Positions 35,442-45,718 of a stretch of 50,812 bases of DNA are shown piece after piece. The first letter of the stretch is position 1; each line of letters begins with the position of its first letter. The stretch comes from a virus (Duplodnaviria; Caudoviricetes). The notes under the pieces were generated by a model that did no database searches, was not told the DNA's origin, and saw nothing but the letters and a program-made list of their open reading frames with translations. A program made the position numbers and the translations under genes. The stretch is from positions 1-50,812 of IMG/VR virus record IMGVR_UViG_3300035670_000305. The stretch is one strand, 5' to 3'.

Positions 35442-35914
35442 CAACCGCCGTTTACGTGTTCATTTGCACTAAGACGACATACGAATTTGAAATTCCCCCG
35501 CAAGATTTGGATATGCCGCGCTTTGTGCGGAGGGTTAGAAACGCTTTTGCAGCGCAGCGTGGTGGGGTGCTTTACGCTGGCGATCTCAAGTTAAGGCCCA
35601 ATACAAACGCGATTGCAAACCATCTGCTTTGCGATGGATCGACATTGAACATTGCAGATTTTCCGCAGCTATTTGAAGCCTTGGGAACTGAATTTGGCGG
35701 TGATGGGATAGCGACCTTTGCACTGCCTGATTACCATGACGATGTTTTGGCAATCCCGCCGCTGACAACAACGCAGGAAGTGCAGCCGGGTGGCACTGTT
35801 TCGACAGGCGGAACGGTAACGGAACCGACCGAGCCGGGGCAGGTTGGCGGCTCTACAGGCGGTAACGTGCCTTCAGGTGGCCGCCCGCAAATTGTTGGTG
35901 AATTTGAAGTATGA
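35438..35914 (+). CDS. Tail collar domain protein
   Basis: LLCDGS...FPQLF..LG..FGGDG..TFALPD. Confidence 0.8.
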   Translation: MTTAVYVFICTKTTYEFEIPPQDLDMPRFVRRVRNAFAAQRGGVLYAGDLKLRPNTNAIANHLLCDGSTLNIADFPQLFEALGTEFGGDGIATFALPDYHDDVLAIPPLTTTQEVQPGGTVSTGGTVTEPTEPGQVGGSTGGNVPSGGRPQIVGEFEV

Positions 35915-36291
35915 CTTTCGGCTATGTCCCGTCACCAGCGGCGGGACAGTGGCAGAAGGCTTTGGGCTATTTGAAGCCAGCCCTCGCACGGGGCGGTTAC
36001 ACTTGGGAAGAATGCGCCAAGCTGATTGATAGCGGACACGCTCAACTATGGATGAGTGATGAGGCTGCGCTGGTTAGCCGCCGCGATGGCGACACATTGG
36101 AGCTTTGGCTTTGTGGTGGGCGCGTTGTGAATGCGTCTGACAAATATCTGGCGGTCATTGAACGGGCCGCAAAAGAATCCGGCATGAAGTGGATGAGAGT
36201 AACGGGCCGCAAGGGATGGGAGCGCCATCTTAAGCGGTTCGGTTGGGTGCGTGTTGGTGAGGATTTGATGAAGGACATTGCAAATGGGTAA
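35911..36291 (+). CDS. GNAT-like virion assembly protein
   Basis: WLCGG, GRKGWER.L; precedes the ejection genes. Confidence 0.55.
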   Translation: MTFGYVPSPAAGQWQKALGYLKPALARGGYTWEECAKLIDSGHAQLWMSDEAALVSRRDGDTLELWLCGGRVVNASDKYLAVIERAAKESGMKWMRVTGRKGWERHLKRFGWVRVGEDLMKDIANG

Positions 36292-37135
36292 GACGAAGAC
36301 TGTTCAAAAGAACGACCCGTGGGCACCAGCCCAGCCATATATCTTGAAGGGGCTTCAACAGTCGGGCGAAGTCTTTGACCAGCAGCAGCCGACGCTTAAC
36401 AAATATTCCGGTATGCAGATGGACACCTATGGCCGCGTTGCGCCTGGGGCCGAAGCTGGAATCATGGGCGCGCAAGGCCTTGTCAATGACACGCTTGCTG
36501 GTCGTTATTTGAACGGCAACCCGTATCTTGACGGAATGCTGAACCGCACCCGCGATAGCGTCTCGGATCGTGTCAACAGCAACTTCTCGCTGGCTGGCCG
36601 TTACGGCTCGGATTACCACACTGGCGAACTAACCCGCCAGCTTGCCGACGCTGAAAACCAGATGCGCTTCCAAAACTACGCAATGGAGCGCGGCTATCAG
36701 AACGACGCTGTAGGCCAAGCCCAGCAGCTTATGGGCGGCAGCCAAGGCCTGCTTAACAATGCCGCTGAATTGCCTTGGATCGGCGTTGGTGCATTGAATG
36801 GCAACGTCCGCAACGCATCGGGGGGTTATGGCACGACCACCACCACGCAAAAGCAGGACATTGGCGGTTTGCTTGCACAGGCAGCAGGCACGGGCCTTGG
36901 CGCTTATGCTGGATCAGATGCGCGCTTGAAAACCAATGTTGAGAAAGTTGGCGAACTGCCTGACGGCCTTGGCATTTACGAATGGGATTATCTGCCGATT
37001 GAAGGCCAGATTGCCGATTACATGCCTGCCGGACGCCAGCGCGGCGTGATGGCTGATGAAGTGGCTGAACTGCGTCCGTGGGCGCTTGGGCCTGTCATCG
37101 AAGGCTATGCAACCGTAAACTATGGAGCGTTGTAA
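36284..37135 (+). CDS. gp7-like DNA ejection protein with C-terminal Peptidase_S74-type domain
   Basis: MGK..T, PW.PAQPY, GNPYL, AGRYGS, SDARLKTNV. Confidence 0.75.
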   Translation: MGKTKTVQKNDPWAPAQPYILKGLQQSGEVFDQQQPTLNKYSGMQMDTYGRVAPGAEAGIMGAQGLVNDTLAGRYLNGNPYLDGMLNRTRDSVSDRVNSNFSLAGRYGSDYHTGELTRQLADAENQMRFQNYAMERGYQNDAVGQAQQLMGGSQGLLNNAAELPWIGVGALNGNVRNASGGYGTTTTTQKQDIGGLLAQAAGTGLGAYAGSDARLKTNVEKVGELPDGLGIYEWDYLPIEGQIADYMPAGRQRGVMADEVAELRPWALGPVIEGYATVNYGAL

Positions 37136-37765
37136 ATGGCACTAGGCTTCCGAACTGGCGGCATGTTTGGCCGCAAGCCATCATACGAACGCCAGCCTTG
37201 GGACACCCCTGGCATTGGCGACGGCTTCAATCAGCGCATGGCTGAAATGGGCGATGTCAATCCTTCTGCAATGCCCATTGGTGTTGAGCAGATGACCCAA
37301 AAGCAAAGCTTTTTTCAGCGACCCGGCGTGAAAACGGCTGCGGGTATTTTGGGTGACACGTTACTAACGCTTGGCGGCGGTAAACCCATGTATGCGCCCA
37401 TGATGCACGAACGGCGGATGCAGGAAGAAGATGCACGCTTACGTCAACAACTTGCCCAGCAGCAGCGTATGCAGGCGCGTGAAGACTTGCGCTGGAAATG
37501 GGCCAATGAGCCGAAGGATAACAAGCCCGATCAGCTTACTGAATGGATGATAAGCGCAGGAATTGACCCAAGAAGCGAACAAGGCCGCGATGTGTATCGC
37601 AAGGCAGTGGAAAACAAAGTCAATCCACCCGTCTGGCGACAAGGGCCTGATGGTAATTTTTACCGTGTGGATACTCCGCAGGGCGGCTTGCCGACCTTTA
37701 CTGATGACGACTGGAACAAGGCGGGAGGCAGTGGCGGCAACGTCACTGGCGGGTTTCGGCGCTGA
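37136..37765 (+). CDS. Putative DNA ejection protein (gp20 position)
   Basis: Paralog of 288-929. Confidence 0.6.
   Translation: MALGFRTGGMFGRKPSYERQPWDTPGIGDGFNQRMAEMGDVNPSAMPIGVEQMTQKQSFFQRPGVKTAAGILGDTLLTLGGGKPMYAPMMHERRMQEEDARLRQQLAQQQRMQAREDLRWKWANEPKDNKPDQLTEWMISAGIDPRSEQGRDVYRKAVENKVNPPVWRQGPDGNFYRVDTPQGGLPTFTDDDWNKAGGSGGNVTGGFRR
37724..37757 (+). promoter_or_regulatory. GGAGG + GNRA hairpin + GGG_TTT_C, second copy
   Basis: Loop GCAA is the only difference from 885-918. Confidence 0.6.
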
Positions 37766-38072
37766 CTTTAACCCAATCCCCGCGCTTCAAAAAGCAGGCT
37801 TTACGCCAACAAGTGGCTTTAGGACTGAAAAGCACCAAGCGGCACTTTTTGCGCAAGGTTTAACGCCAACAAAAGGCGGGGCGCATGTTCGCGGCGACGG
37901 TTTGGATTTTGCCGTCCCGCAAGGAATGTCCAAGGACGCAGCAATCGAAATGGTCAAGCGCCAATACCCTGGCGCAAAAGTCATCAAGTCCAATGGCAAC
38001 GCAATTCACATCACTTTCCCCGGATGGGGCAAGGCTCCTGATATAAGCAATTCTCGCGGAAGGTATCGCTAA
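37731..38072 (+). CDS. Peptidase M15-family domain; start uncertain
   Basis: TSGFRT, GAHxxGxGxD, HITF. Confidence 0.7.
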   Translation: MAATSLAGFGADFNPIPALQKAGFTPTSGFRTEKHQAALFAQGLTPTKGGAHVRGDGLDFAVPQGMSKDAAIEMVKRQYPGAKVIKSNGNAIHITFPGWGKAPDISNSRGRYR

Positions 38073-40996
38073 TGGCCGAACGTCGCATTATTAATGGTTA
38101 CATTGTTGAGCGCCAAGCTGATGGGCGGCTTGTGACTATCGGCCCCGCAAATGGCCCTGCGCCGCAAATGCCTGCTAATCCGACTTTCCCCTATGAAGGG
38201 CCAAAGGCGCAAGCAGACTTGACCGGCAAGTCTTTGGATAATCAAATCACGCAAGCAACTTTGCCCGCCGCTATTGCCAAGGCGCAGGCTGACGCTCGTA
38301 AGGCTGAGGCGGATGCTGCCGTTGCTGAGGCAGCGGCGCAAGAGCAAAAGAACAAAACTAACAAAAAGCAATCGGCAAATGCAAATCGTGCGGAGCAGAT
38401 TAAGGGGCTGCTAAAAGTAATCAAGGATGCGCGCGCAAAGGCTGATGACTTTCTTGCAGTTGGCAAGTTTTCAGGCAATGCCGCCGAATACCCTGTAGTC
38501 GGCAACTTTTTGGGCCAAAATCGCGCAACCCTTGAAGGGTTAACCGATTCAATCATGGGCGACTTGATCCAGCAGCAAGTTGCAAAGATGGCAGAAGTCA
38601 ATCAGGGCGGCGTTTCCAGTTTGGCAAGCACTCCCGAAGAAGCGCGCCGTATGGCGGCCTCAATTGCAAATCTTTCCCTTGACCAAGATTTGCCAACATT
38701 CTTGAACGGTTTGCAGCGCGCCGAAGATTACTATAAGCGCCTTGGCGCTGAAGCAGGCTTAAGCCAACAGGAAATTTCGTTGGCGCTCGGCAAAAAGTCC
38801 GAAGCACTAGAAGCGCGTATGCCTGAAATGACTGGCGGCTTGCCGACTGGCACTGATATTCAGTTTAACTACGCCAAGCCAGATGGCGGATTTGACCGCG
38901 CAGCATGGCTGCAAGCAAATTTCGGAATTAACCCCGATCAGGAGGCCAAAATAACCGCATTTATGCGGGCCAATCGCGGCAATCCTAACTTCACCTATGA
39001 CAACCTTCGCAACTTTTACCAGTCTGTTGGCGCACCTCCGCCAGAGCGCAATGACGCAACAATTGAAGCAATCCGCCAAGGAAATGCCAACGTCACCGGC
39101 TACGATAGTTCCCTTGCCGAGCAGCTTTACAACATGGCGCTGGAAAAGCGCGTTGCCGAACGCGACACTACTGGCGGGGCCATTGATACCGTAGGACGCA
39201 CTGCCGCAAATGCCTTCTTTGGCCTTGGCGACCGCGCTGCCGCCATATTCGGGCCAGATGACTACGCAACCAACCTTGCGGCGCAGCGTTTTGAAACGGA
39301 TGCGGCCCGCCAAGCCAATCCAATTGCAGCATTTGGTGGCGACGTTGCTGGCCTGCTTGCAGGAACTTACACAACGGGTGCACTTGCTCAAAATGCCGCA
39401 TTGCGCTTTGCCCCTAACTGGGCGCGGCAAGGGGCTTGGGGTAGCAGCATCCCGCGCAACCTTGCCAACGACACAATCTATGCAACCACCTTGGCGCTTG
39501 CGAACGATCAAAACCCTTACACGGCGGGTGCAACTGCACTTGCGGGTAGTGGAGCGGGGCAAGTTCTTGGCGCGCCACTAGGCAAGGCAACTGCAAACGC
39601 TATTCAGTCATCACCTCGCGCCATGAGCCTTGTTAACGCAATCCCTGGCATGGGTGGCGGGCGTGCAACGCTGCCCAAACTGTCAACGGCTGACCGCCTT
39701 ATGGTCGAGGCCGTTGGGGATCGTGGGCCGCAAGTGCTGGGTAATCTGCAAAACGCAGCGCAATTGGGTATTCCGATGTCTCTTGCGGACGCCGACCAAG
39801 GCTTAACTGCGCTTGGCGGGGCTGTAGTGCGCCGTTCGCCAGAGGCGCGCAAGATTGCAGCCGATGCCTTTGAGCCCCGCGCTATGGGTCAATATGACCG
39901 TTTTGTGGGCGCTGTTGAGCGCGACTTTGGCCCCGTGGCCAATATTCCGCAACGCAGCGAAGATTTGTTGCAGCAAGCCCGCACACAATCCCGCCCGCTT
40001 TATCAGCCCCTTGAACAAATGCCTCCGCGCACCTCGCCTGCATTGGATGAAATGCTCAATACAAATGCAGGGCAAACCGCCATGCGAAATGCAACGCAAA
40101 TTGCGGACGCACAGCGCGCACCGGCAGGCTCATTGACCATTGGAACCGACGTTGCAGGCAATCCGATTTTTACCGCAACGCCAAACTTCCAAACGCTCAA
40201 TTATGTCAAGCAGGGCTTTGACCGCTCTTATGAAACCTTGAAGCGTGCTGGCGATCCTCTGGCCAGTTCAATTAATGGATTACGCAAAGATTACGTTTCC
40301 GAAATGGATAGGCTTTATCCGGGCTATGATGCTGCCCGTGCCGCTTATGCTGGCCCGATAGCCGAGCGCGAAGTGTTCCAGCAGGGCGTTGACGCTCGTA
40401 AAATGACGCCGGATGCAATGGGATTTGCGCTTAAAAATATGCCGCCTGCTCGCGTGGAGCAATTCCGCTTGGGCCGCATTTCTGACATGGTTGACCAAGC
40501 TGGAAAGGTTCGCTTTGAAGGCAACCCCTGGACTAATGTTGTGGGTTCACCCGCCGAACAGCAGCGCCTATCCATGCTGTTCCCTGAGCAGTCGCAAAAC
40601 TTCATCCGCCAATATCAATTAGAGCGCGATTTGGCCAAGTCACAAAACCAAATCCTTGGCGGAAGTCCGACTGCGGAGCGCATGCTGCAAGACCAAGCCT
40701 TCCAAGGCAATATTGCAAGCGATCTGGCGTTTGATGCTGTGACAACAGGCGCGCCACTAAAAAGCAGCGTTAATGTGCTTGGGCGCTTTAGCAAAGATGA
40801 ATTGGGCCGCATCGGCGCGGAAAAGAAGGCTAACGAACTTGCCCCAATTATCTTTGATACCGACGCAGCAATGGCTGCCGAACTGTTTCGCAAGGCAAAG
40901 AAAGCCAAAAAGGCTCGCGGCATATTTGGGCGGCGCGGTGCGCCCGCTGGGGCTTCAGTTGTTTCTGCGCCGATTATGGCGAGTGGCAATGAATGA
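38072..40996 (+). CDS. Large DNA ejection protein (gp16 position)
   Basis: 974 aa, Ala/Gly-rich, Y.AARAAYAG, GGSPTA; synteny. Confidence 0.65.
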   Translation: MAERRIINGYIVERQADGRLVTIGPANGPAPQMPANPTFPYEGPKAQADLTGKSLDNQITQATLPAAIAKAQADARKAEADAAVAEAAAQEQKNKTNKKQSANANRAEQIKGLLKVIKDARAKADDFLAVGKFSGNAAEYPVVGNFLGQNRATLEGLTDSIMGDLIQQQVAKMAEVNQGGVSSLASTPEEARRMAASIANLSLDQDLPTFLNGLQRAEDYYKRLGAEAGLSQQEISLALGKKSEALEARMPEMTGGLPTGTDIQFNYAKPDGGFDRAAWLQANFGINPDQEAKITAFMRANRGNPNFTYDNLRNFYQSVGAPPPERNDATIEAIRQGNANVTGYDSSLAEQLYNMALEKRVAERDTTGGAIDTVGRTAANAFFGLGDRAAAIFGPDDYATNLAAQRFETDAARQANPIAAFGGDVAGLLAGTYTTGALAQNAALRFAPNWARQGAWGSSIPRNLANDTIYATTLALANDQNPYTAGATALAGSGAGQVLGAPLGKATANAIQSSPRAMSLVNAIPGMGGGRATLPKLSTADRLMVEAVGDRGPQVLGNLQNAAQLGIPMSLADADQGLTALGGAVVRRSPEARKIAADAFEPRAMGQYDRFVGAVERDFGPVANIPQRSEDLLQQARTQSRPLYQPLEQMPPRTSPALDEMLNTNAGQTAMRNATQIADAQRAPAGSLTIGTDVAGNPIFTATPNFQTLNYVKQGFDRSYETLKRAGDPLASSINGLRKDYVSEMDRLYPGYDAARAAYAGPIAEREVFQQGVDARKMTPDAMGFALKNMPPARVEQFRLGRISDMVDQAGKVRFEGNPWTNVVGSPAEQQRLSMLFPEQSQNFIRQYQLERDLAKSQNQILGGSPTAERMLQDQAFQGNIASDLAFDAVTTGAPLKSSVNVLGRFSKDELGRIGAEKKANELAPIIFDTDAAMAAELFRKAKKAKKARGIFGRRGAPAGASVVSAPIMASGNE

Positions 40997-41050
40997 AACA
41001 ATTGCGGCCACAATAAGCCCTTTGGCGAAAAACGCTAAAAAGTAATCCAT
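40955..41050 (-). CDS. 31-aa antisense membrane peptide MDYFLAFFAKGLIVAAIVSFIATRHNRRRNN (not in ORF track)
   Basis: Homologous to 3976-4176; one TM and a basic tail. Confidence 0.6.
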   Translation of the reverse strand: MDYFLAFFAKGLIVAAIVSFIATRHNRRRNN

Positions 41051-41083
41051 CCGCATTGAATAACACAAAAACCTGACCAGCCC

Positions 41084-41110
41084 AAGCCCTGCTTTTGCGG
41101 GGCTTTTTCG
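41084..41110 (+). terminator. Intrinsic terminator before the tail fibre gene
   Basis: AAGCCCTGC-TTTT-GCGGGGCTT plus T-run. Confidence 0.7.
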
Positions 41111-41124
41111 TTTGAGGAAACGCA

Positions 41125-42489
41125 ATGGCCATTACTGACTATAATTCTTCAGCAGCTTCCAACACGACGCTAGGAACAATCCCTGTTGGCCCCGGCATGG
41201 AGCGCGAAAAGGTAAACGACGCTTTCCAGCAATTGATGGCTGATATTGCTGGGGGCGTTGTCGCAAACGATGGCGGAGCTAATGCCGTTTCCCGCACTGC
41301 ACAGGACAAAATGCGCGAAGTCGTCTCGGCAAAGGACAAGGGCGCAACCACGGCTTCAACCAACGCGGCCAACAAGACAGCCGTTCAAAAGATCATAACC
41401 GACTTCAGCACGGCGCTAACGGGTTATGGCTTCATAAACTCTGACATTGACTATGGTTATGTAACAACCAACGCTTCAACATGGCCTGATTTTTCCAGCG
41501 CCAACGGTGATTTTTGTCTCATAGATAGCTCTATTGGCGATGCGGACGGCGTAGGCAACAAGTGCGGCGCGCAGCTTCGCTTTTGGATGTTTACCAAGCA
41601 GACCACGCCAACTCCCGGCATTCACGATGGGAACACGATGTGGCTTCGCGGTGCATGGCATCCAGGCTGGATTGTCTCAAACGACGCGCAACTGGCTGCT
41701 GTGGGCGATCCGTCCCGCACCTCTTCGGACAATCGCCGTGCATCCTATTATATGGCTATCGACGGTGAAACGTCTTGGCGCTTGGGGCAGGGCAGCGCCT
41801 TGGGTGCGGGCCTTACTGATGAGGAACTGGCAAACTTCACTATTGAAATGGTGGCGCGCACTTCCGGCGATACACTAGCAACATATATCCCGCTAGTTAT
41901 TGAACGCAAAACGGGCAACTGGTCGATTGGCGGCGGCACGAATAGCCCTGAAACGTCTTACGACTTCACCAGCATAACAACTGGTTTTTATCAGGCCAAG
42001 TTTGCAAACCCGTTCAGCACGACTTGCACGGTGCTTTTGCGTAACTCCACAGGCTTGGCGGATGATGTAAGGCTCCGAAATGTCGCGGGCGCTTTCGATG
42101 TATACATTGAAGGCCAAGGTTCAGCGTTTACTGTCAGCAAGACCACGCGGGCGCTAAAGACCAATACCGCGCTTGTCCAAAATCGGCGCTCTTACGCGCA
42201 AGCCGCAACTATAACGGTCGATGCAAGTTTGGGCAATCTGCACAGCATTGGGGTTACAACCAACGCGGCAATCGCAATGGCAGCGCCCACAGGGCCTGCG
42301 GATGGTCAGCGGATGACTATCAAAATCAGCAACCAAAGCGGTGGCGCAATGGGGGCTATTACTTGGGATTCCGTGTTTAAAATGGCGACATGGACTAACC
42401 CCGCCAGCGGCTTCGAAAAGGCAATCGACTTTTGGTATGACGGCGCGAATTGGCGTCAAATCGGAACCCCTGTGGACGTGCCCAACTAA
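41125..42489 (+). CDS. Tail fibre / receptor-binding protein
   Basis: N-terminal anchor shared with 4252-5841; AVSRTAQDKMREVVSAKD; C-terminal F.YDG.NW. Confidence 0.75.
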   Translation: MAITDYNSSAASNTTLGTIPVGPGMEREKVNDAFQQLMADIAGGVVANDGGANAVSRTAQDKMREVVSAKDKGATTASTNAANKTAVQKIITDFSTALTGYGFINSDIDYGYVTTNASTWPDFSSANGDFCLIDSSIGDADGVGNKCGAQLRFWMFTKQTTPTPGIHDGNTMWLRGAWHPGWIVSNDAQLAAVGDPSRTSSDNRRASYYMAIDGETSWRLGQGSALGAGLTDEELANFTIEMVARTSGDTLATYIPLVIERKTGNWSIGGGTNSPETSYDFTSITTGFYQAKFANPFSTTCTVLLRNSTGLADDVRLRNVAGAFDVYIEGQGSAFTVSKTTRALKTNTALVQNRRSYAQAATITVDASLGNLHSIGVTTNAAIAMAAPTGPADGQRMTIKISNQSGGAMGAITWDSVFKMATWTNPASGFEKAIDFWYDGANWRQIGTPVDVPN

Positions 42490-42689
42490 TGCGCCCGCAC
42501 CACATTCTTGACCACTTGGGAGATGGGGCAAAGCACCTGCTAGACGCGGGTGCTGCCTTTTTGGCGTTGGGGGCGCTTGTGAAGCTACTGCCATCAATAG
42601 CATCCTTTTTGACAATCATCTGGATGCTGCTGCGAATTTACGACTGGATTGAGGCCAGATGGCAGGGCCGCAAACCTTCCGAGGACTAG
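42489..42689 (+). CDS. Small membrane protein, holin-like
   Basis: Paralog of 5844-6044. Confidence 0.55.
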   Translation: MRPHHILDHLGDGAKHLLDAGAAFLALGALVKLLPSIASFLTIIWMLLRIYDWIEARWQGRKPSED

Positions 42690-42784
42690 CCCTAGGGGCT
42701 GCCGCGTTCCTCATGTGGTTTCAGCCAAACATCACGCTTTTTCTGTTTCTGGCGTTCCTATTGGGGCGCGCAAGCAAGGGGTAG
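42659..42784 (+). CDS. 41-aa membrane peptide MAGPQTFRGLALGAAAFLMWFQPNITLFLFLAFLLGRASKG (not in ORF track)
   Basis: Paralog of 6014-6139. Confidence 0.7.
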   Translation: MAGPQTFRGLALGAAAFLMWFQPNITLFLFLAFLLGRASKG

Positions 42785-42786
42785 TT

Positions 42787-44019
42787 ATGCCTTATGTCGA
42801 TCCTAAACTCTACGACTATTGCGACACCGAGAAGCAAAGGGAAACGCTAAGATTATTAGACGAACTCGGCAGCGGGAAACTTGTTGCCGAGGCAATGGGA
42901 ACGCACCGTTCGCTCCCGCAAAAAACACTGAAGCTACTTAAAGAAAAAGCTGCGCGGCGGGGCTACGCGCCTGAAGCCAGCATCAACCATCCGATTGCGG
43001 AAGGCTTCACGCTCAAAGGCTATTCGCATTTCACCCAAACAGCCGATGGCCGCCCGATCTGGATTAAGGCCGAAGCCCTGCGCCAGCAATGGGCTAGCGC
43101 CATTGTCGAGGCGATTGAGAACAGGCCCGAACGGCAGCTAGACATTCCCCCGCCGCGTCCCGTCACCTTTGATGGCCATGATATTATCCCGTGGCTGAAT
43201 ATCGGAGATGCCCACATCGGGATGTTAGCGCATCACGATGAAGTCGGGGCTAACTTTGACTTGAAAATCGCGAAGGCGGAAATTCTGCAAGCCGCTTTCG
43301 ATCTAATCGACATGGCCCCCGATTGCGAACGCATGGTCATTAACGACCTAGGCGATGGCACTCACTACGAAAACATGAAGGGCATGACCGAGCGCAGCGG
43401 CCACCAGCTAGACTTTGACAGCCGCTTTCCCAAAATGATTGATGCCTATTTGGACATTATGGAAAGCATCATCGAGAAGGCCCTTCGCAAGGCTGAAACG
43501 GTTGATGTAATCATAAACCAAGGCAACCATAGCGAGACGAACGACTATTGGGCAGCGCGCTATTTCAGGCGTCTATATGCAAGGCTTGGCAACAACCGCG
43601 TTCACGTTCTCCAGAATGAAAGCCCGTTCATTGCCTACCGCATGGGCAAGACGCTGGTGTTGGTGCATCACGGCCATAAGGTAAAGCCAGAGCGCCTGCG
43701 CGAAATCCTGTCAACCGACTTTGCGCTTGACTGGGGCGAAACAACATTTCGCTACATTGATGGCGGGCATATCCATCACTTTAGCGCCAAGGAACTAGCG
43801 GGCGCTGAATGGTGCAGCTTCAACAATCTCGCGCCGATGGACAAACATGCCCATGACGGTGGCTGGCGCTCCAAGCAGGCCATGACGCTGGTTTTGCGCT
43901 CTCGCTCCTATGGCGATGTCGGACGCTACAAAATGCCGATTGAGAAGGTCTGGGATCGCATCTCGGCAAAGAACCCCGAACACTACGTTCCCGAACCACG
44001 AAGGGCGTTTGCAGCATGA
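42787..44019 (+). CDS. Metallophosphoesterase-fold protein
   Basis: GDAHIG, LGD..H, GNHS, HHGH, GHIHH. Confidence 0.8.
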   Translation: MPYVDPKLYDYCDTEKQRETLRLLDELGSGKLVAEAMGTHRSLPQKTLKLLKEKAARRGYAPEASINHPIAEGFTLKGYSHFTQTADGRPIWIKAEALRQQWASAIVEAIENRPERQLDIPPPRPVTFDGHDIIPWLNIGDAHIGMLAHHDEVGANFDLKIAKAEILQAAFDLIDMAPDCERMVINDLGDGTHYENMKGMTERSGHQLDFDSRFPKMIDAYLDIMESIIEKALRKAETVDVIINQGNHSETNDYWAARYFRRLYARLGNNRVHVLQNESPFIAYRMGKTLVLVHHGHKVKPERLREILSTDFALDWGETTFRYIDGGHIHHFSAKELAGAEWCSFNNLAPMDKHAHDGGWRSKQAMTLVLRSRSYGDVGRYKMPIEKVWDRISAKNPEHYVPEPRRAFAA

Positions 44020-44525
44020 ACAACAACTTTGAACATTGCCTTGACCTAGTGCTAGTCCACGAGGGCGGCTATGTGAACCATCCGAAAGACCCCGGAGGCG
44101 CTACCAACAGGGGCGTTACGCAAGCGGTTTACGACGCCTATCGCAAAACGCGGGGCAGGGGCGCGCAATCGGTCAAGTTCATCACCGATGATGAAGTCAA
44201 GGCAATCTATAAGTTCCAGTATTGGGACAGGGTGCAAGCTGATCTGTTGCCTGCTGGCCTTGACTATGCCGTGTTTGACTTTGCCGTCAATTCAGGAGTG
44301 GGCAGGGCGTCCAAGTATCTCCAGGCGGTGCTAGGCGTGGCACAGGACGGCGTTATAGGCGCAAAGACGCTGGCAGCTATCCAATCCCCCCGCAACACGA
44401 TTAACGCGCTGTGTGACCGCCGTATGGCTTTCCTGCGTAATCTGCGAACGTTCCTTACATTCGGCAAGGGCTGGACGCGCCGCGTTCAAGATGTGCGCGC
44501 TCATGCTTTGGAGATGGCATCGTGA
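44016..44525 (+). CDS. Endolysin, glycoside hydrolase family 108
   Basis: HEGGYVNHPKDPGGATNRGVT, FDFAVNSG, FGKGW.RR. Confidence 0.92.
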   Translation: MNNNFEHCLDLVLVHEGGYVNHPKDPGGATNRGVTQAVYDAYRKTRGRGAQSVKFITDDEVKAIYKFQYWDRVQADLLPAGLDYAVFDFAVNSGVGRASKYLQAVLGVAQDGVIGAKTLAAIQSPRNTINALCDRRMAFLRNLRTFLTFGKGWTRRVQDVRAHALEMAS

Positions 44526-44770
44526 CCGCTGACATTATCACCCTATACCATGCCAATTGTGCGGATATTCCCGCAATGCTTCGTCACGCGGCTGACAATG
44601 TGGAAGTTGAAACGGACGACCATGACCGCACCGTGTCAATGGTCTGCCTTCAGGTGCATGAAAGCGGCGACATTCAGGTGTTTGGTTGGGGTCAAACCGA
44701 TACCCGCGATTGCATAGCCACGCTTGCCATAGCCCAGCACCAGCTAATTCAAGGAGCGTTTGGCGAATGA
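44522..44770 (+). CDS. Conserved hypothetical protein in lysis cassette
   Basis: Paralog of 8320-8568. Confidence 0.7.
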   Translation: MTADIITLYHANCADIPAMLRHAADNVEVETDDHDRTVSMVCLQVHESGDIQVFGWGQTDTRDCIATLAIAQHQLIQGAFGE

Positions 44771-45054
44771 AGTGGACGCACGATGAAGGCCGCAACTGGC
44801 TATATGCAATCATCTGGCCTTTAGGCGGCGTTGCATCGGGCTTTATCCTGATATGGATGATTACCCTTATCCGTTGGGATTGGCCAGCAGGAACGGAAGA
44901 ACAGCGCCTGACGATCCTTGGCAACATTGCCTATGGATTGGTGGGCATGATGGCCTTGGTTAGCCTTGGGTTGACCATGCGTAATGCTATCAGGAACCTA
45001 AAGCTAAAGGCAGGCGGTGTGTCGGCTGAAGCGCAGGCGAGTGATGAAAAGTGA
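44767..45054 (+). CDS. Putative holin (2 TM)
   Basis: Two hydrophobic helices; same slot as 8558-8824. Confidence 0.55.
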   Translation: MKWTHDEGRNWLYAIIWPLGGVASGFILIWMITLIRWDWPAGTEEQRLTILGNIAYGLVGMMALVSLGLTMRNAIRNLKLKAGGVSAEAQASDEK

Positions 45055-45196
45055 CGCGGGTTAGTTTTTTTCCAGCCAACTTAGTTCTCCTTTTTCGCCC
45101 GCTGCTTGGAAAACCATCTCTTTGCTGTTGCGGTCCTGCTTCCTCAAAGAGTCCGTGTCTATCCACGACGCTCACGCCACGCCTAGGACATAGCAC

Positions 45197-45700
45197 ATGA
45201 TAGCCCTAATCGCAAACTGGAAACGCATCCTCTACGGCACTGCCTTAGCCCTGCTCGGCACGTTGTTGCTTGTGCAAACGGCAAGGATCGAAGGCGCGTT
45301 GTTCTGGAAAGGCCTGAAGGCAGAAAACACCGAACTACGCGAAACACTGGCCAAGGTTGAGCAAGCGCAAAAGCTAGCAACCAAACTGGCCAAAGAGGAA
45401 AAAGCCCGCATTGAAGCGGAGAATGAAAGGAAAGCGAACGATGCTCGCGAACTGGAAAAGAAGCTGCGTTCTGATTATGATGCCCGCCTTTCTCGCTGGC
45501 TGCAAAACAATCGTCGTTCAACCGGACAAGCCAATCTGCCCGAAACCGGCAGCCCCGCCCAAGGAACTGCTGGAGAAAGTGGACTTGCCCAGCTTCCTGA
45601 AGAATACGCAATCGTTCCGGTAAACGATTTGCAGTTGTCGGCAGAGGCTTTTGCTAAATTGGAGGCCTTGCAAAATTGGGCAAAATCAGTTATAGAATAG
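45197..45700 (+). CDS. Rz: i-spanin (Rz-like)
   Basis: Paralog of 8821-9327. Confidence 0.75.
   Translation: MIALIANWKRILYGTALALLGTLLLVQTARIEGALFWKGLKAENTELRETLAKVEQAQKLATKLAKEEKARIEAENERKANDARELEKKLRSDYDARLSRWLQNNRRSTGQANLPETGSPAQGTAGESGLAQLPEEYAIVPVNDLQLSAEAFAKLEALQNWAKSVIE
45441..45623 (+). CDS. Rz1: Embedded o-spanin lipoprotein (Rz1-like)
   Basis: FLAGC lipobox; PICPKP and EKVDLPSFLK shared with 9065-9241. Confidence 0.8.
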   Translation: MLANWKRSCVLIMMPAFLAGCKTIVVQPDKPICPKPAAPPKELLEKVDLPSFLKNTQSFR

Positions 45701-45718
45701 CGGCGCGGAGAGGGGTGG

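Noticed and set aside
45051-45200. 49-codon Cys-containing ORF between holin and spanin
   Set aside because: Coupled at both ends but absent from phage A and without recognisable features; not supportable
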